A stretch of 64,000 nucleotides of DNA from an uncultured virus (IMG/VR IMGVR_UViG_3300027896_000016) (IMGVR_UViG_3300027896_000016), one strand, 5' to 3'. Shown: positions 1 through 9,606, counted from the first letter of the stretch. Notes: generated from the sequence alone by a model not told the origin. Translations and numbers: made by a program.

Positions 1-31
1 AGTCCTTTTGTTGAGACATGTGTAAATAATT

Positions 32-379
32 GTGGCAAGAAAGGTGGTGAAGATGACAACTGGCGTTCAGGTTCAACCGGATGAAAATGGCACCTATAGT
101 TTATTTAAATTGTCGCCAACGGGCAAAAGTTTAAAGTTGGCCGAAAATATTAAGACCAAAGAAATTGCCGGTTATCTGGCAAAATGTGGGGAAGTTATAG
201 ATTTGCAAACACAAATTGCATTTCTTACAAAGATTGTGACGTTTTGGGAGGGGTGCAAAATATTGTCTATGGATCATTTGCCGACGTGTCACTCTAAGAC
301 AAATAAAGAAAGTAGAATTTGTAATTGTGGCCACAAAGAGGCTATGGCCCGTGTTAGGGTAATTATTAAGGAGAACTAA
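32..379 (+). CDS. hypothetical protein near the end of the plus-strand arm
   Basis: 115-aa ORF coupled to the next ORF by a TAATG overlap; C-terminal H..CH..C.C cluster; start uncertain. Confidence 0.6.
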   Translation: MARKVVKMTTGVQVQPDENGTYSLFKLSPTGKSLKLAENIKTKEIAGYLAKCGEVIDLQTQIAFLTKIVTFWEGCKILSMDHLPTCHSKTNKESRICNCGHKEAMARVRVIIKEN

Positions 380-609
380 TGCGAATAAAAATCCCAAAAG
401 AAATAGTTCTTGATAACGGTTATAAAGTAATTATTAATTTAGGTATTAATATTTTGAAAGGTCTTAAGGCAGAGGCTTTAGAAATTATTGAATTAGAGAT
501 CTATAAAGATAATGTTCAGGTGGCGCGGCGATCAATGACGCCCGCCGAAATAATTCCAAAAGAAATGATGGACGCATTTAATGCTTATTCGACCAAGACG
601 ACAAAGTGA
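379..609 (+). CDS. hypothetical protein, last gene of the plus-strand arm
   Basis: RBS AAGGAG upstream; converges on the minus arm ending at 668. Confidence 0.7.
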   Translation: MRIKIPKEIVLDNGYKVIINLGINILKGLKAEALEIIELEIYKDNVQVARRSMTPAEIIPKEMMDAFNAYSTKTTK

Positions 610-652
610 TAATCTGTGAGCCGTCGCAACGATTGCAAGCCGATTGGGCGTT
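606..652 (+). repeat. segment complementary to 55797-55819 and 55852-55876
   Basis: 630-652 pairs with 55797-55819 (1 G-U); 606-629 pairs with 55852-55876 (1 G-U, 1 bulge). Confidence 0.9.
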
Positions 653-667
653 ATTGTTTTATTTTAG

Positions 668-919
668 CTAGACCAAATGTCTTTGCCAATGCTTTTCATC
701 CAAATCACCCATTGCCCAATTTTTATGAGCCAAAATTCTTAGACTTATTGAGATTAGTTTATCTAGTTCTTTTTCTGTAGGGCATCCGTGTTGTCTAAAT
801 ATTAGAATCCAGCCAAAACATTTTGGGCATTTTGTGACTATACCGTATTCATCTTCATAGAGAATAACCGAATCTTTTGGCAAATTACAAAGAGGGCATT
901 CGCTGTATTCATTGTTCAA
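668..919 (-). CDS. small Cys-rich protein, possibly HIT-like zinc-binding
   Basis: CPLC..ILYED..CPKC..H pattern; last gene of the minus arm. Confidence 0.55.
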   Translation of the reverse strand: MNNEYSECPLCNLPKDSVILYEDEYGIVTKCPKCFGWILIFRQHGCPTEKELDKLISISLRILAHKNWAMGDLDEKHWQRHLV

Positions 920-1268
920 TTAGCTTCCTTTCATCTATTGTGAAAGGTCCAGAGGTTTTGGTCTTAACGCACAAAATCGCTAGATCTTTCACCGTTAGCC
1001 TATAGTCTTCTTTTGCGTCGGCATTGTTCAAGAAAAAGTCTTTGCCGTATAATGTTTTGCTTTCAGGTTCCCATATTAGACTATAATCTTGCGTATTAAG
1101 TTCGACCCAGGCATGACCGCCGCGTTTGTATTGTCCGGTATTGGCGTCTTTTACTCTTGCCGTGCCGTGAATTACAAAAACGCTGTCAAAATCGTCCAAG
1201 TAGGGAAGATTTTTGTCTCCCGATATGACGGCTTGCATGACTGTATGAAAACAGTGACCGTAGGGCAT
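909..1268 (-). CDS. putative transglutaminase/papain-fold protein
   Basis: GHCF ... VIHG ... GHAWVE ... WEP: Cys-His-acidic triad spacing. Confidence 0.55.
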   Translation of the reverse strand: MPYGHCFHTVMQAVISGDKNLPYLDDFDSVFVIHGTARVKDANTGQYKRGGHAWVELNTQDYSLIWEPESKTLYGKDFFLNNADAKEDYRLTVKDLAILCVKTKTSGPFTIDERKLIEQ

Positions 1269-1287
1269 TGCGCGCCACCAATTTTTG

Positions 1288-3354
1288 CTATTCTATCTTT
1301 ATGGTTTCTTTTCTTAATTTTTGCAAGCCATTTTCGAGAAATTCGGTCATTCCGTGCATACCAACAGCCGTTATTAAATTAGTTAGTTTATAGAAATTTG
1401 CCGCCATTCTTGAATGATAATCTCCAAGGGCACTTTCAAAAGCCCTGCCGCAATCGCCATAATCTGTCACGTAATGCGTACATTCGTGAACGGCGACTTC
1501 GTAGATACGTTCAAGATCCTGCCTGTCAGTGGGCCAAAAAATTTCATCGCCGCGCATTGGATTGAACAATATCCAATTATTGTCTTTTATTTGCAATCCA
1601 GCCAATTCTGAGTCTAGGACAAAGCCGGTATTGAAAGTTGTCTTGTCGCAGTTCATTTGTATAAGTATAAATCGTACTAACTCTGTCCAGAATTTTGCAA
1701 GACGCAGCGTATTTGGTTTCATATTTTCTAAATGTAATCCAATAGGTATCTTAGTATCGCCCTTATTATTTAAGATTAAGAATTCTGGCTTCCAAGTTAG
1801 TAATTTAAGTGCCGATTCTATATGACCTTGGCCAACGAATTCTATGTCTAGCAAGACTTTTGCTATATCATAGCTAACATTTGCGAGCAAATTATCATCT
1901 TTTCTTTCAGCAAAATGGCCATATGCCTGTGCTGCAATAGCGCCCAAAATTTTCGGCGGAATGATTCTTACTTTTCTTTTCTTGATAAATTCTGTTTCTG
2001 TCAGCAAATTAACTAATTCTGCCGACCTCGTATCGAAATTTATATTATCAGACCGGGGATCTGACCAAATTTCTTTGATTTTCTTGGATTTTTCTTGTAA
2101 AATTACAAATTTATCTCGTGCCAGTTTTTCAAGAAATTCGCCAATGCCTTCTCTTAATGTAACATTAGTAAAGTCCAGTCTATTTGGCATTAGAACATCT
2201 ATGGATTTTACTTTTAGTTTGACCGTAACTTTAGCGTCACAATTTCCGGCGTATTTACTAAACATGTGTTGGCCGTCGCTTGTCATGACATATAGTCGCG
2301 CACTTTGATCTCTATCACTTAGTTTTATTTTTCGTGATGTAATATCACAAAAATCGACTAAATTTCTCGCATGTACTTCCATATCAATGCGCCGACCGGG
2401 ATCGAAATCTGCCGCGACTTCTTTTTCTGTAACTGCATCTTCATAATTATCATAACCCTTGACCAAGAATTTCACACTAGGTAGCCGACATCTTTGAATA
2501 TAAGCTATTGCGTCAGAAGTATTAACGGCACGATCTTTGTTCATTATGACACGAATATAGGTTCCCTTGAACATCTCTTTTGTTTTACTTACAGTAATCT
2601 CTAGATTATCTTCCGGGGCGCTTTGGGCTTCGTTATCTAGTGTTCGAATATAATAAGAAATATGTGGCAATAGCAACAATTCTTTGGCCTTGCCGAAACC
2701 GCCAGTAGTTCCCTTGCCGCGTTTGCCAGTTTCACCCAAGGAGAATAGCAGATTCTTTAACTCTTCTTCCGTCATTCCTGAACCATTGTCCATGCATGTT
2801 GCAGTTATGGTATTATCGCCATTGTCTTTTACTTCGCAAAGTATTATCGTTGCACCGGCATCAACAGAGTTTTGTATGGCTTCCCGCCACCAACAGATTT
2901 TCCAGTCTGAACCATATTCGCGCTTCATATTATCAAAAAAGTTTGGCGAGAATTTCCAAGAAATTTTTGGGTTTGCTGCAAATTTTGTGTTGCCGATTTT
3001 TACTAATATTGCCTTGCGCCCATCTGACAAAACTCTTTCGCCCATTTGATAAATGTATCCAGCCATAGCCAAAGCTCGCAGCTTGGCATAGCCCGGTGTG
3101 TCAGAGACGGCCATGTATAGGCCCGTCCGTAGCTGGCGCGGGTCGAAGTCCCGTTTGACAAAGGTTATGTTATCGGGCATGGCGTTTTTTCTCACTTCTT
3201 TTTGGGGTTCTCTATATTGTCTTATAATTTCATCTTGTTCATTAGCTTTTTTATCATAATAATCTTTTTCATCTTCTCTAGCGTGTACTTGCATATGTCG
3301 ATAGTATCTTCGTAATTCTAAATGATCCCTTAAAGTTAGTTTACCTTCCGCCAT
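1288..3354 (-). CDS. GHKL (HATPase_c) ATPase fused to a C-terminal HExxH zincin-like domain
   Basis: REAIQNSVDA, DNGSGM, TGGFGKA GHKL boxes; VAVHECTHY near the C-terminus. Confidence 0.85.
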   Translation of the reverse strand: MAEGKLTLRDHLELRRYYRHMQVHAREDEKDYYDKKANEQDEIIRQYREPQKEVRKNAMPDNITFVKRDFDPRQLRTGLYMAVSDTPGYAKLRALAMAGYIYQMGERVLSDGRKAILVKIGNTKFAANPKISWKFSPNFFDNMKREYGSDWKICWWREAIQNSVDAGATIILCEVKDNGDNTITATCMDNGSGMTEEELKNLLFSLGETGKRGKGTTGGFGKAKELLLLPHISYYIRTLDNEAQSAPEDNLEITVSKTKEMFKGTYIRVIMNKDRAVNTSDAIAYIQRCRLPSVKFLVKGYDNYEDAVTEKEVAADFDPGRRIDMEVHARNLVDFCDITSRKIKLSDRDQSARLYVMTSDGQHMFSKYAGNCDAKVTVKLKVKSIDVLMPNRLDFTNVTLREGIGEFLEKLARDKFVILQEKSKKIKEIWSDPRSDNINFDTRSAELVNLLTETEFIKKRKVRIIPPKILGAIAAQAYGHFAERKDDNLLANVSYDIAKVLLDIEFVGQGHIESALKLLTWKPEFLILNNKGDTKIPIGLHLENMKPNTLRLAKFWTELVRFILIQMNCDKTTFNTGFVLDSELAGLQIKDNNWILFNPMRGDEIFWPTDRQDLERIYEVAVHECTHYVTDYGDCGRAFESALGDYHSRMAANFYKLTNLITAVGMHGMTEFLENGLQKLRKETIKIE

Positions 3355-3520
3355 TTTTATTCACTTTCTTAACAATCCTCGCGCCGCCAGCGATGATAAA
3401 GCCAAGCAATATAATTCCCATGATTCCAATAAAGAACCAAGGTTGAGGATCGGCTTGCTCATAAATATTAGGCAAGACTTTGGCCGGTTTGGGATCTTTG
3501 CTAAAAAGGCCGCTTATCAT
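3341..3520 (-). CDS. small single-TM membrane protein (59 aa, not in ORF track)
   Basis: MISGLFSK...WFFIGIMGIILLGFIIAGGARIVKK; RBS GGAG upstream. Confidence 0.7.
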   Translation of the reverse strand: MISGLFSKDPKPAKVLPNIYEQADPQPWFFIGIMGIILLGFIIAGGARIVKKVNKNGGR

Positions 3521-3521
3521 G

Positions 3522-4700
3522 TTAGTCTCCTTCGGGATTTAGAATAACCTTAATATGCCAGTGTTTTAAGAAATTGTCCAATATATCTCGAATTAAATCT
3601 GTACTAAATGAAGAACCAGCATTTGATCTACTAAGTATTTCGGTATATTGCCTTACTGTTATTGTATTATAATTAATATTATATTCTTTAAAGAAATCAA
3701 ATAAAGTTTGTCCGTGTATTTCAAGAGGTCTAGGTCTAATATAAGAACCAGAATTTTCAAATTTTTTGTTATCTATTTTGTCTACTATTTGGTCTATAAA
3801 TACTTTTTTGCCAAAATCAATTGATTGCATCCATTGACCGATGCGCTTTTTATATTCAGGTTTAGGGTTACTATTAGAATGACCTTCTATGTCTACAAGT
3901 TCCCAAAATTTGTCAGTATAATCAGTAGCATTATGGTATCTCGGTACAAATGCCGCTGTTACATGCGGTTTATTTTCCTGGTCGCGCAACGAAATAACGT
4001 TCATGTTATATTCTAAAACTTGGTCCCAATAAGAGGCAATACAATGATTCATTCGATTGCCTTCAACCGTGATATCATTCTCAGTCGTTATTTCTTGTAT
4101 TGTCCAATTGTCGGGCCAAGTATAAAGTATATTTGGCGTGTAAATCGGCTCATAGACTAAATTTTTGCCTTTTTCGGCTTGGGCTTTGTGCCAGCGAATA
4201 CTGGCAAGTTGGGCTTGTATAAAGTCATAGCTGGCAAGTCTAGGATGTTCGGCGTTGTACCAGTCTATTAGTGTCCAAATTGTGCCTCTTAAATCTGATC
4301 GATCAACATAATCAATTGTTTCTTCGTCATGATAATTTAAAATTGGAAATTCTTGATCATATACAATTTCACCCTTAATCATATATTTTTTAGTTCTATG
4401 TTTAATTATTTGTATTGCTACCCAATCTATCATTTCTTTAGCTATATTAACATCATTTAGCTTTAATACTCTTAAAAATGCTTCTTCATAATAATCTAAT
4501 TTTATTTCTTTTGGTTCAAAACTGGCCGCTAAATCTTGTATTTGGCCCAAATTTAGCCCGCGATTTTTGCGCAGTTCGTTAACTATCTTGCCCTGTATCT
4601 TAGAATCTGACAGAAATTTGACAAAATCTACAATTTCTTGCGAGATGCCCAATCTTGCAAGATAATCTTCGACGGGATTTTGGCGATATCTATAGCGCAT
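3522..4700 (-). CDS. PcfJ-like domain protein (paralog 1)
   Basis: EGNRMNHCIASY ... ISLRD..NKPHVT motif; N-terminal MRYRYRQNP. Confidence 0.75.
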   Translation of the reverse strand: MRYRYRQNPVEDYLARLGISQEIVDFVKFLSDSKIQGKIVNELRKNRGLNLGQIQDLAASFEPKEIKLDYYEEAFLRVLKLNDVNIAKEMIDWVAIQIIKHRTKKYMIKGEIVYDQEFPILNYHDEETIDYVDRSDLRGTIWTLIDWYNAEHPRLASYDFIQAQLASIRWHKAQAEKGKNLVYEPIYTPNILYTWPDNWTIQEITTENDITVEGNRMNHCIASYWDQVLEYNMNVISLRDQENKPHVTAAFVPRYHNATDYTDKFWELVDIEGHSNSNPKPEYKKRIGQWMQSIDFGKKVFIDQIVDKIDNKKFENSGSYIRPRPLEIHGQTLFDFFKEYNINYNTITVRQYTEILSRSNAGSSFSTDLIRDILDNFLKHWHIKVILNPEGD

Positions 4701-4996
4701 TATTCGTCCGCTAAAACTGTCTTGCCACAGTTATTGTCAAGATACTCTTGGGCGGCTTGTATCATTTCACTGACCGTTGCGCCACATTCGCAATCTACTG
4801 TTTCGTCAGTCGAGCCGCTTTGGCAAATTTTTCGGTCATCCATAGCGTCTCTGTGGCCACTATAACCAAATAATCTCGCTAAGAAAGGAAAATCCCAATC
4901 AGTTTGAAAGATTTCGATAATCTCGCCACGGCATTCTATGCCATAACCACAAGGAACGCCACAATCTCTCCCATCGACCAAAGTAATCTTTTTCAT
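4700..4996 (-). CDS. hypothetical Cys-containing protein
   Basis: start MKKITL from ATGA overlap with the upstream stop; QTDWDFP and TVDCECG motifs. Confidence 0.7.
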   Translation of the reverse strand: MKKITLVDGRDCGVPCGYGIECRGEIIEIFQTDWDFPFLARLFGYSGHRDAMDDRKICQSGSTDETVDCECGATVSEMIQAAQEYLDNNCGKTVLADE

Positions 4997-6120
4997 GATC
5001 GCCTCATGCGCCGAATTTTTTGGTATGCCCGGTGCCACTCACGAATTGACTGTAATTTTTGTGCCTTACTTATTTTTCGGGGCGGATTACTTCTTTTCGC
5101 CGGATCGTAAACCGGTACATTTTTAAATCCGGCAGTTTCGCCATCTCTAAAGCAAGTTTTAAGTGATACATGACGTATATGACCGCTATCCATTTCGATA
5201 GTAGCTTGATTATTATGATAAGGAGCCTTTCCTATTCTTACGATTGTCCCCCAACGATCCGGTTCGTACCAATTAGGACATACACGATCACCAATTCTAA
5301 ATGGTTCTTTACTAAGTTTTCTCTTTCCAAAATAAGACGGATTCTCGCCAATGCGCCGATATTGCCATTTATCGTCGCCCGCGCTATCAGTCGTAAATTT
5401 TTCGGGCACGTAGATATTTTTTGGCCGCGCTATGTTAAACTCGCCGCGTGAAATGGCTTTTAGGTCGTCTATAGAATAATTGTTATTAAATAGGTCTTTA
5501 ATTTTTATGGAATAATTCGTGCCCGTGCTTAATTCTTCTACATATATTTCCTCGTTTGATTCTTCTAAATTATCTACATCGTCGTCTCTTAACTCTCTTA
5601 GTTCATTTTCCCAATTTTCGAAACTTTGTATTCGATCTCTCGCTTCGGCGTCAAAAACCCATGTTTGAAAACTGAGTCCAACTACTCTTATCCAGCCGTC
5701 GGATTCCATAGCGTATTCTCTTGGATCTTCGCCTAACACTATCAAATGCCAAATGCCTTCCGTATTGCCGCCAGCATCAAGAATTTTCTTGATTGTAATA
5801 AAATCTTCTGGATCGAAATAGCCTTTATTTTCTACAAGTCTTAGTTTAAGTATATTCGCTTCGCTAATCTGGCCATTTTTTATGGCCTTATTTATATCGC
5901 CTTTATTAGCTTCTATCGCGTCGGCAATATCTGCAATATTTTCTACAGTATCAAAAAATTCCAGATATTTCGGATTATAACCAAATTCAAAGTCAAAATC
6001 TATTTCCTCGAAACTTATGCCCAACATTGACTGATAGGCTTCTCTTTCGTGATTAGTATCGACAACATCACCATCGCAATAGATGGTCTGATTGATATCC
6101 TCTATCCAGTATTCGCCCAT
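4993..6120 (-). CDS. hypothetical acidic protein with possible C-terminal SH3/KOW-like domain
   Basis: 375-aa ORF; FRIGDRV..WGTIVRI; ENP and RSNP motifs; basic tail. Confidence 0.7.
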   Translation of the reverse strand: MGEYWIEDINQTIYCDGDVVDTNHEREAYQSMLGISFEEIDFDFEFGYNPKYLEFFDTVENIADIADAIEANKGDINKAIKNGQISEANILKLRLVENKGYFDPEDFITIKKILDAGGNTEGIWHLIVLGEDPREYAMESDGWIRVVGLSFQTWVFDAEARDRIQSFENWENELRELRDDDVDNLEESNEEIYVEELSTGTNYSIKIKDLFNNNYSIDDLKAISRGEFNIARPKNIYVPEKFTTDSAGDDKWQYRRIGENPSYFGKRKLSKEPFRIGDRVCPNWYEPDRWGTIVRIGKAPYHNNQATIEMDSGHIRHVSLKTCFRDGETAGFKNVPVYDPAKRSNPPRKISKAQKLQSIREWHRAYQKIRRMRRS

Positions 6121-6132
6121 TGGCGCGTATCC

Positions 6133-6429
6133 TTAATATTGATTATATGACTTGGAATATTCTTCTAATAAAGAATTTAAAAAATCTCCAATATTTTCAT
6201 CTTTATTTCCTTTTCTTTTCATTTCTTTATCAATAATATGCATTATAAAAAGAGAATCGTTAATTTTATATTCACAAAAATCCTTAATCTCTTTAAGATG
6301 TCTCATAGAATATCTTTTATGTTCAACAAAATCTTCTGCTCTATGTTCTTTTTCAAGAATTTTTTCAAATTCTTCTACCGAATTTCTATAATCCTTATCA
6401 TTTGGAGCACCCCAAATACCGTAACTCAT
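6133..6429 (-). CDS. hypothetical protein
   Basis: RBS AGGAG; fits operon spacing. Confidence 0.65.
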   Translation of the reverse strand: MSYGIWGAPNDKDYRNSVEEFEKILEKEHRAEDFVEHKRYSMRHLKEIKDFCEYKINDSLFIMHIIDKEMKRKGNKDENIGDFLNSLLEEYSKSYNQY

Positions 6430-6446
6430 GTTATTCTCCTAATTTA

Positions 6447-7295
6447 TTAATTTAGGCCCAAAATTTCCATGAAGTCATTAATCAAAATTTCGGCAATCGC
6501 ATCTTTGCCCCGATCTATCTCGCGGACTTCCTTGACTGTATAGAATCTCTTTCTAAATTGATCCAGTCGCCGCACGTCGTGAATTTCTTTTTCTATACCT
6601 ATGTCTCTAAGTGATTCGGGCCTATTGACGCTCAAATAATCGGCCATTAGGTCTATAAGATTGAGAAGATTGGCATTTTTGTAGTCTATATAGAAAGTCT
6701 CGCCGCTGCGCTTGACTATGGCCTGTCTGTCGCCACGCTTGCGCTTCGTGACTATTATTAATCGGGGCGCTTTGACGCCGTATTTTTCGGCAACTTGGGC
6801 CAATAAATTATTGTAACTGGCCAGCGCAACGTCGGCGGTGCTTAATGCGCGAATTTTTTTGGGCCTACTTAAATCTTTTTGAACACTTGCCCCGAGAGGG
6901 ATTTTATAAGTGATATTTTTAATCTTGCGCATTTCTATAAGATAATTCATTGCTTCGGCAAAGGAATTAAATACTTCTTTAAAATACTTATCGTGTTTGC
7001 CTGTTTTACTTATGTCTTTAATAAGCAAAAAATAATGCGTCATTTCGTGAACGATATCTAAAAGAGTTAGCTTATTATAGTCAGCAAAGCTTAAATTGTC
7101 AATATCTTTGCGCTCGCCAACGTCGATATTGGGTGTTGGCACTTTGGCGAATTTGCTTAATTCTGTCACGACAGCTTTAACGCTCATAAACGGTATATTG
7201 GTCAAATTCTCGCGTTCGACCATTTGCCGAATGTTTTCGGGCATGTCGGCCAAAAGGCTTTTGTATTCTTTTAGGTCATTGTTTATGTCGGGCAT
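6447..7295 (-). CDS. putative SprT-like zincin metalloprotein
   Basis: IVHEMTHYF ... GKHDKYF; second half looks like a degenerate repeat of the first. Confidence 0.6.
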   Translation of the reverse strand: MPDINNDLKEYKSLLADMPENIRQMVERENLTNIPFMSVKAVVTELSKFAKVPTPNIDVGERKDIDNLSFADYNKLTLLDIVHEMTHYFLLIKDISKTGKHDKYFKEVFNSFAEAMNYLIEMRKIKNITYKIPLGASVQKDLSRPKKIRALSTADVALASYNNLLAQVAEKYGVKAPRLIIVTKRKRGDRQAIVKRSGETFYIDYKNANLLNLIDLMADYLSVNRPESLRDIGIEKEIHDVRRLDQFRKRFYTVKEVREIDRGKDAIAEILINDFMEILGLN

Positions 7296-7314
7296 GGCCG
7301 GTTCTCCCGATTGC

Positions 7315-7653
7315 TTATTCTATGTTAATCCCCGCTGGCATGATCCATAGTCTCTTTATATTCTCGTTCATAGATAGTTTATTCATAACACCTAGACTAT
7401 CATCGAACATGACATCTATAGACAATTGTTTTATAACGCTCGTCTTAAGATCAATATTTTGGTCGCACATGTAAAGTTTATGATATCTTATACCGTAAGT
7501 CTTAAGATCTGCCATAGTCTCTTCACGAATAAATTCTGGTCTTAAAGTAATTACGTAAACCTTGTGGCCCATTACTTTGAAAGCTCTTGACAAGGCCGCG
7601 AAAAATTCTGGCATTCCAGTGATTGTACCATCTATGTCAATGCCGATGTTCAT
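7315..7653 (-). CDS. minimal HAD-superfamily phosphatase
   Basis: IGIDIDGTI motif I, ITLR motif II, K, MFDD motif IV. Confidence 0.8.
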   Translation of the reverse strand: MNIGIDIDGTITGMPEFFAALSRAFKVMGHKVYVITLRPEFIREETMADLKTYGIRYHKLYMCDQNIDLKTSVIKQLSIDVMFDDSLGVMNKLSMNENIKRLWIMPAGINIE

Positions 7654-8309
7654 GCTAAATACGCCTTTAAGTATTTTAGATTTTCGGCGTTAAGTATTTT
7701 TCCAAAAATATCGCCAAGATATGTCTTAAAATACGCTTTTCTTTCGTCGTCTTCAATATCTAAAAATTCACTATAAAGTTTACTTAAAAAGAATATATAT
7801 TTAGCATTATTTTTAAGATCGTAAATAACATAAATACTGCCCATTTTAAGATAATTTCTCGTATCTTTAGATTTTCGCGTACACCAAACTGTTCCTTGAC
7901 TTTCATATATAACACTTGCTATACTCGGGCATTTGATTATTAAATAATCTTTGTCTTTATATAATATTTTGCTATCTTTATGCAATATAATTTCACTTAA
8001 TTCTGTTCTAACAGTAGGTTTATATTCATAATAAAGATCTTTTAGCGAAAATATATTATATTTGCCTATATCGCGCTGTTTTGGTTCTAGATTTTGTTTA
8101 TTTTGGTCAAACCATGTTAAAATTCTCCTAATTACACTCAAAGGTACTGGAAAATAACATTGTTGCAATTGTCTTAAATTATCACCTAGCCATAAAACAT
8201 AAGATTTTTTTGGCGTAGGATCTGCCAAAAAAATATGTTCTATAGTCTCTGAGTCAAAGAACTCAGAGAGAATCTCTTGCTTGCTAGGATTTTGTAGGTA
8301 ATTTAACAT
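7650..8309 (-). CDS. hypothetical phage protein with GTxWC motif
   Basis: ADPTPKKSYVLWL and QGTVWCTR; N-terminal MLNYLQNP. Confidence 0.7.
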   Translation of the reverse strand: MLNYLQNPSKQEILSEFFDSETIEHIFLADPTPKKSYVLWLGDNLRQLQQCYFPVPLSVIRRILTWFDQNKQNLEPKQRDIGKYNIFSLKDLYYEYKPTVRTELSEIILHKDSKILYKDKDYLIIKCPSIASVIYESQGTVWCTRKSKDTRNYLKMGSIYVIYDLKNNAKYIFFLSKLYSEFLDIEDDERKAYFKTYLGDIFGKILNAENLKYLKAYLA

Positions 8310-8315
8310 AATTTG

Positions 8316-8486
8316 CTACGCATTAGGCGGTGCATTAAAAGAACTTGGTATCAGTGTCGATAGGCACCAAAGAGACAGACCCATGTACATCATGGACCAA
8401 GTGCCGGTTTGTGCCTGGAATAGACCAAGTACGAAACAAATTGTTGCGGCTAACCGCAAGATCCAACTGATAATTGATCCGTTCAT
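8316..8486 (-). CDS. small two-TM membrane protein (56 aa, not in ORF track)
   Basis: RBS AGGAG; MNGSIISWILRLAATICFVLGLF... Confidence 0.7.
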   Translation of the reverse strand: MNGSIISWILRLAATICFVLGLFQAQTGTWSMMYMGLSLWCLSTLIPSSFNAPPNA

Positions 8487-8506
8487 TGCTTTCTCCTAAT
8501 TTGGGC

Positions 8507-8680
8507 CTAGTCTTCACTTCTCGTAAGCCAAAACGCACCGCCACCGATGACGGTAACAATAAGCAAAGCAATTAGCACCCATGCAATAGTTTTGGTTTTT
8601 TGCTGTTCTTGTAAAGTAATAGCATCTTCTTGGGCCTTAACTTCTTTGGCCGATGGACCTTTGGTCGCTTTGCCTAACAT
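8507..8680 (-). CDS. small single-TM membrane protein (57 aa, not in ORF track)
   Basis: RBS GGGAG; MLGKATKG...IAWVLIALLIVTVIGGGAFWL. Confidence 0.7.
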   Translation of the reverse strand: MLGKATKGPSAKEVKAQEDAITLQEQQKTKTIAWVLIALLIVTVIGGGAFWLTRSED

Positions 8681-8735
8681 GTTAATTCTCCCAAATTAGT
8701 GTATGAACAGAGTTTCTCTATTATTACTTTTTTAT

Positions 8736-9020
8736 TTAGGTTTCACGTCGTTTCCTGCGTTTTCTATATCTACGCAATCTATTCTGTGCCAATTTACGTT
8801 TTTTCTTATTCATCGCCTTACCGGCAAACATCCCTAATGCACCCATACCGATTACTAAACCTACACCAATTGCCGCCCAAGGCCAGCTAATATTTGCTTT
8901 TGACGGTATAAATTGACCACCGGCAGAACCACCGCCCGGTGCTTTAGCTGTTGCTGCTGCGGCAGTTTGGGCTACTGCCATTGCCGCTCCTACTGCTGCT
9001 AGAATTAACGGGAGTGGCAT
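8736..9020 (-). CDS. membrane protein with Arg-rich tail
   Basis: start MPLPLIL after GGAG; TM followed by QNRLRRYRKRRKRR. Confidence 0.75.
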   Translation of the reverse strand: MPLPLILAAVGAAMAVAQTAAAATAKAPGGGSAGGQFIPSKANISWPWAAIGVGLVIGMGALGMFAGKAMNKKKRKLAQNRLRRYRKRRKRRET

Positions 9021-9292
9021 ATATTTTTCTCCAAATTTTTTAACCAAACACCTAAAGTATTTTGATTTTGTATATACCCACAATCTTCTGGTAAATGGCC
9101 CATTTTTATAGCAATTTCCATACTAATGCAAGTTGGATTTAGTAAATGTCTATTTTTATAAATTTTACAAAGATTTGTTTTAGTGTCTAAATATTTGCAA
9201 GCAATTTTCGTATCATGAATTTTACCATTGATTAATATTTTATAATAACAACATTTGCCACATTTTTTACAAATACTTTCGTCCATTTTCAC
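9005..9292 (-). CDS. CxxCxxCC (YkgJ/YcgN-like) cysteine-cluster protein
   Basis: CKKCGKCC...CKYLD..TNLCKIY..R...C...LPEDCGY. Confidence 0.85.
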   Translation of the reverse strand: MKMDESICKKCGKCCYYKILINGKIHDTKIACKYLDTKTNLCKIYKNRHLLNPTCISMEIAIKMGHLPEDCGYIQNQNTLGVWLKNLEKNICHSR

Positions 9293-9606
9293 ACGCCGCC
9301 AAATTTTCGCACTAATTTCTCGGCAATGACCAAAAGTTTTGGGTCTTGCAGTTCTATTGCGCCTTGATAATTACTTATATTAGCCACATAGGCGCAATCA
9401 TCGGGCAAATAGGCTTTTTCTATAGCTGTCTCTATGTTCGCACAAACGGGGTTAAGTATATGCCTATTATTATATACGCGGCATAAGTTTGTCTTTGTAT
9501 CTAAATATTGGCACGGTATCGTCGTTATATAACTTTTGTTATTTATGAGCAGCTTAAAATAGCAGCATTTGCCGCAGCGTTTGCAGATAGATTCTTTGTC
9601 TGCCAT
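9289..9606 (-). CDS. CxxCxxCC (YkgJ/YcgN-like) cysteine-cluster protein, tandem paralog
   Basis: CKRCGKCC...CQYLD..TNLCRVY..R...C...LPDDCAY. Confidence 0.85.
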   Translation of the reverse strand: MADKESICKRCGKCCYFKLLINNKSYITTIPCQYLDTKTNLCRVYNNRHILNPVCANIETAIEKAYLPDDCAYVANISNYQGAIELQDPKLLVIAEKLVRKFGGV

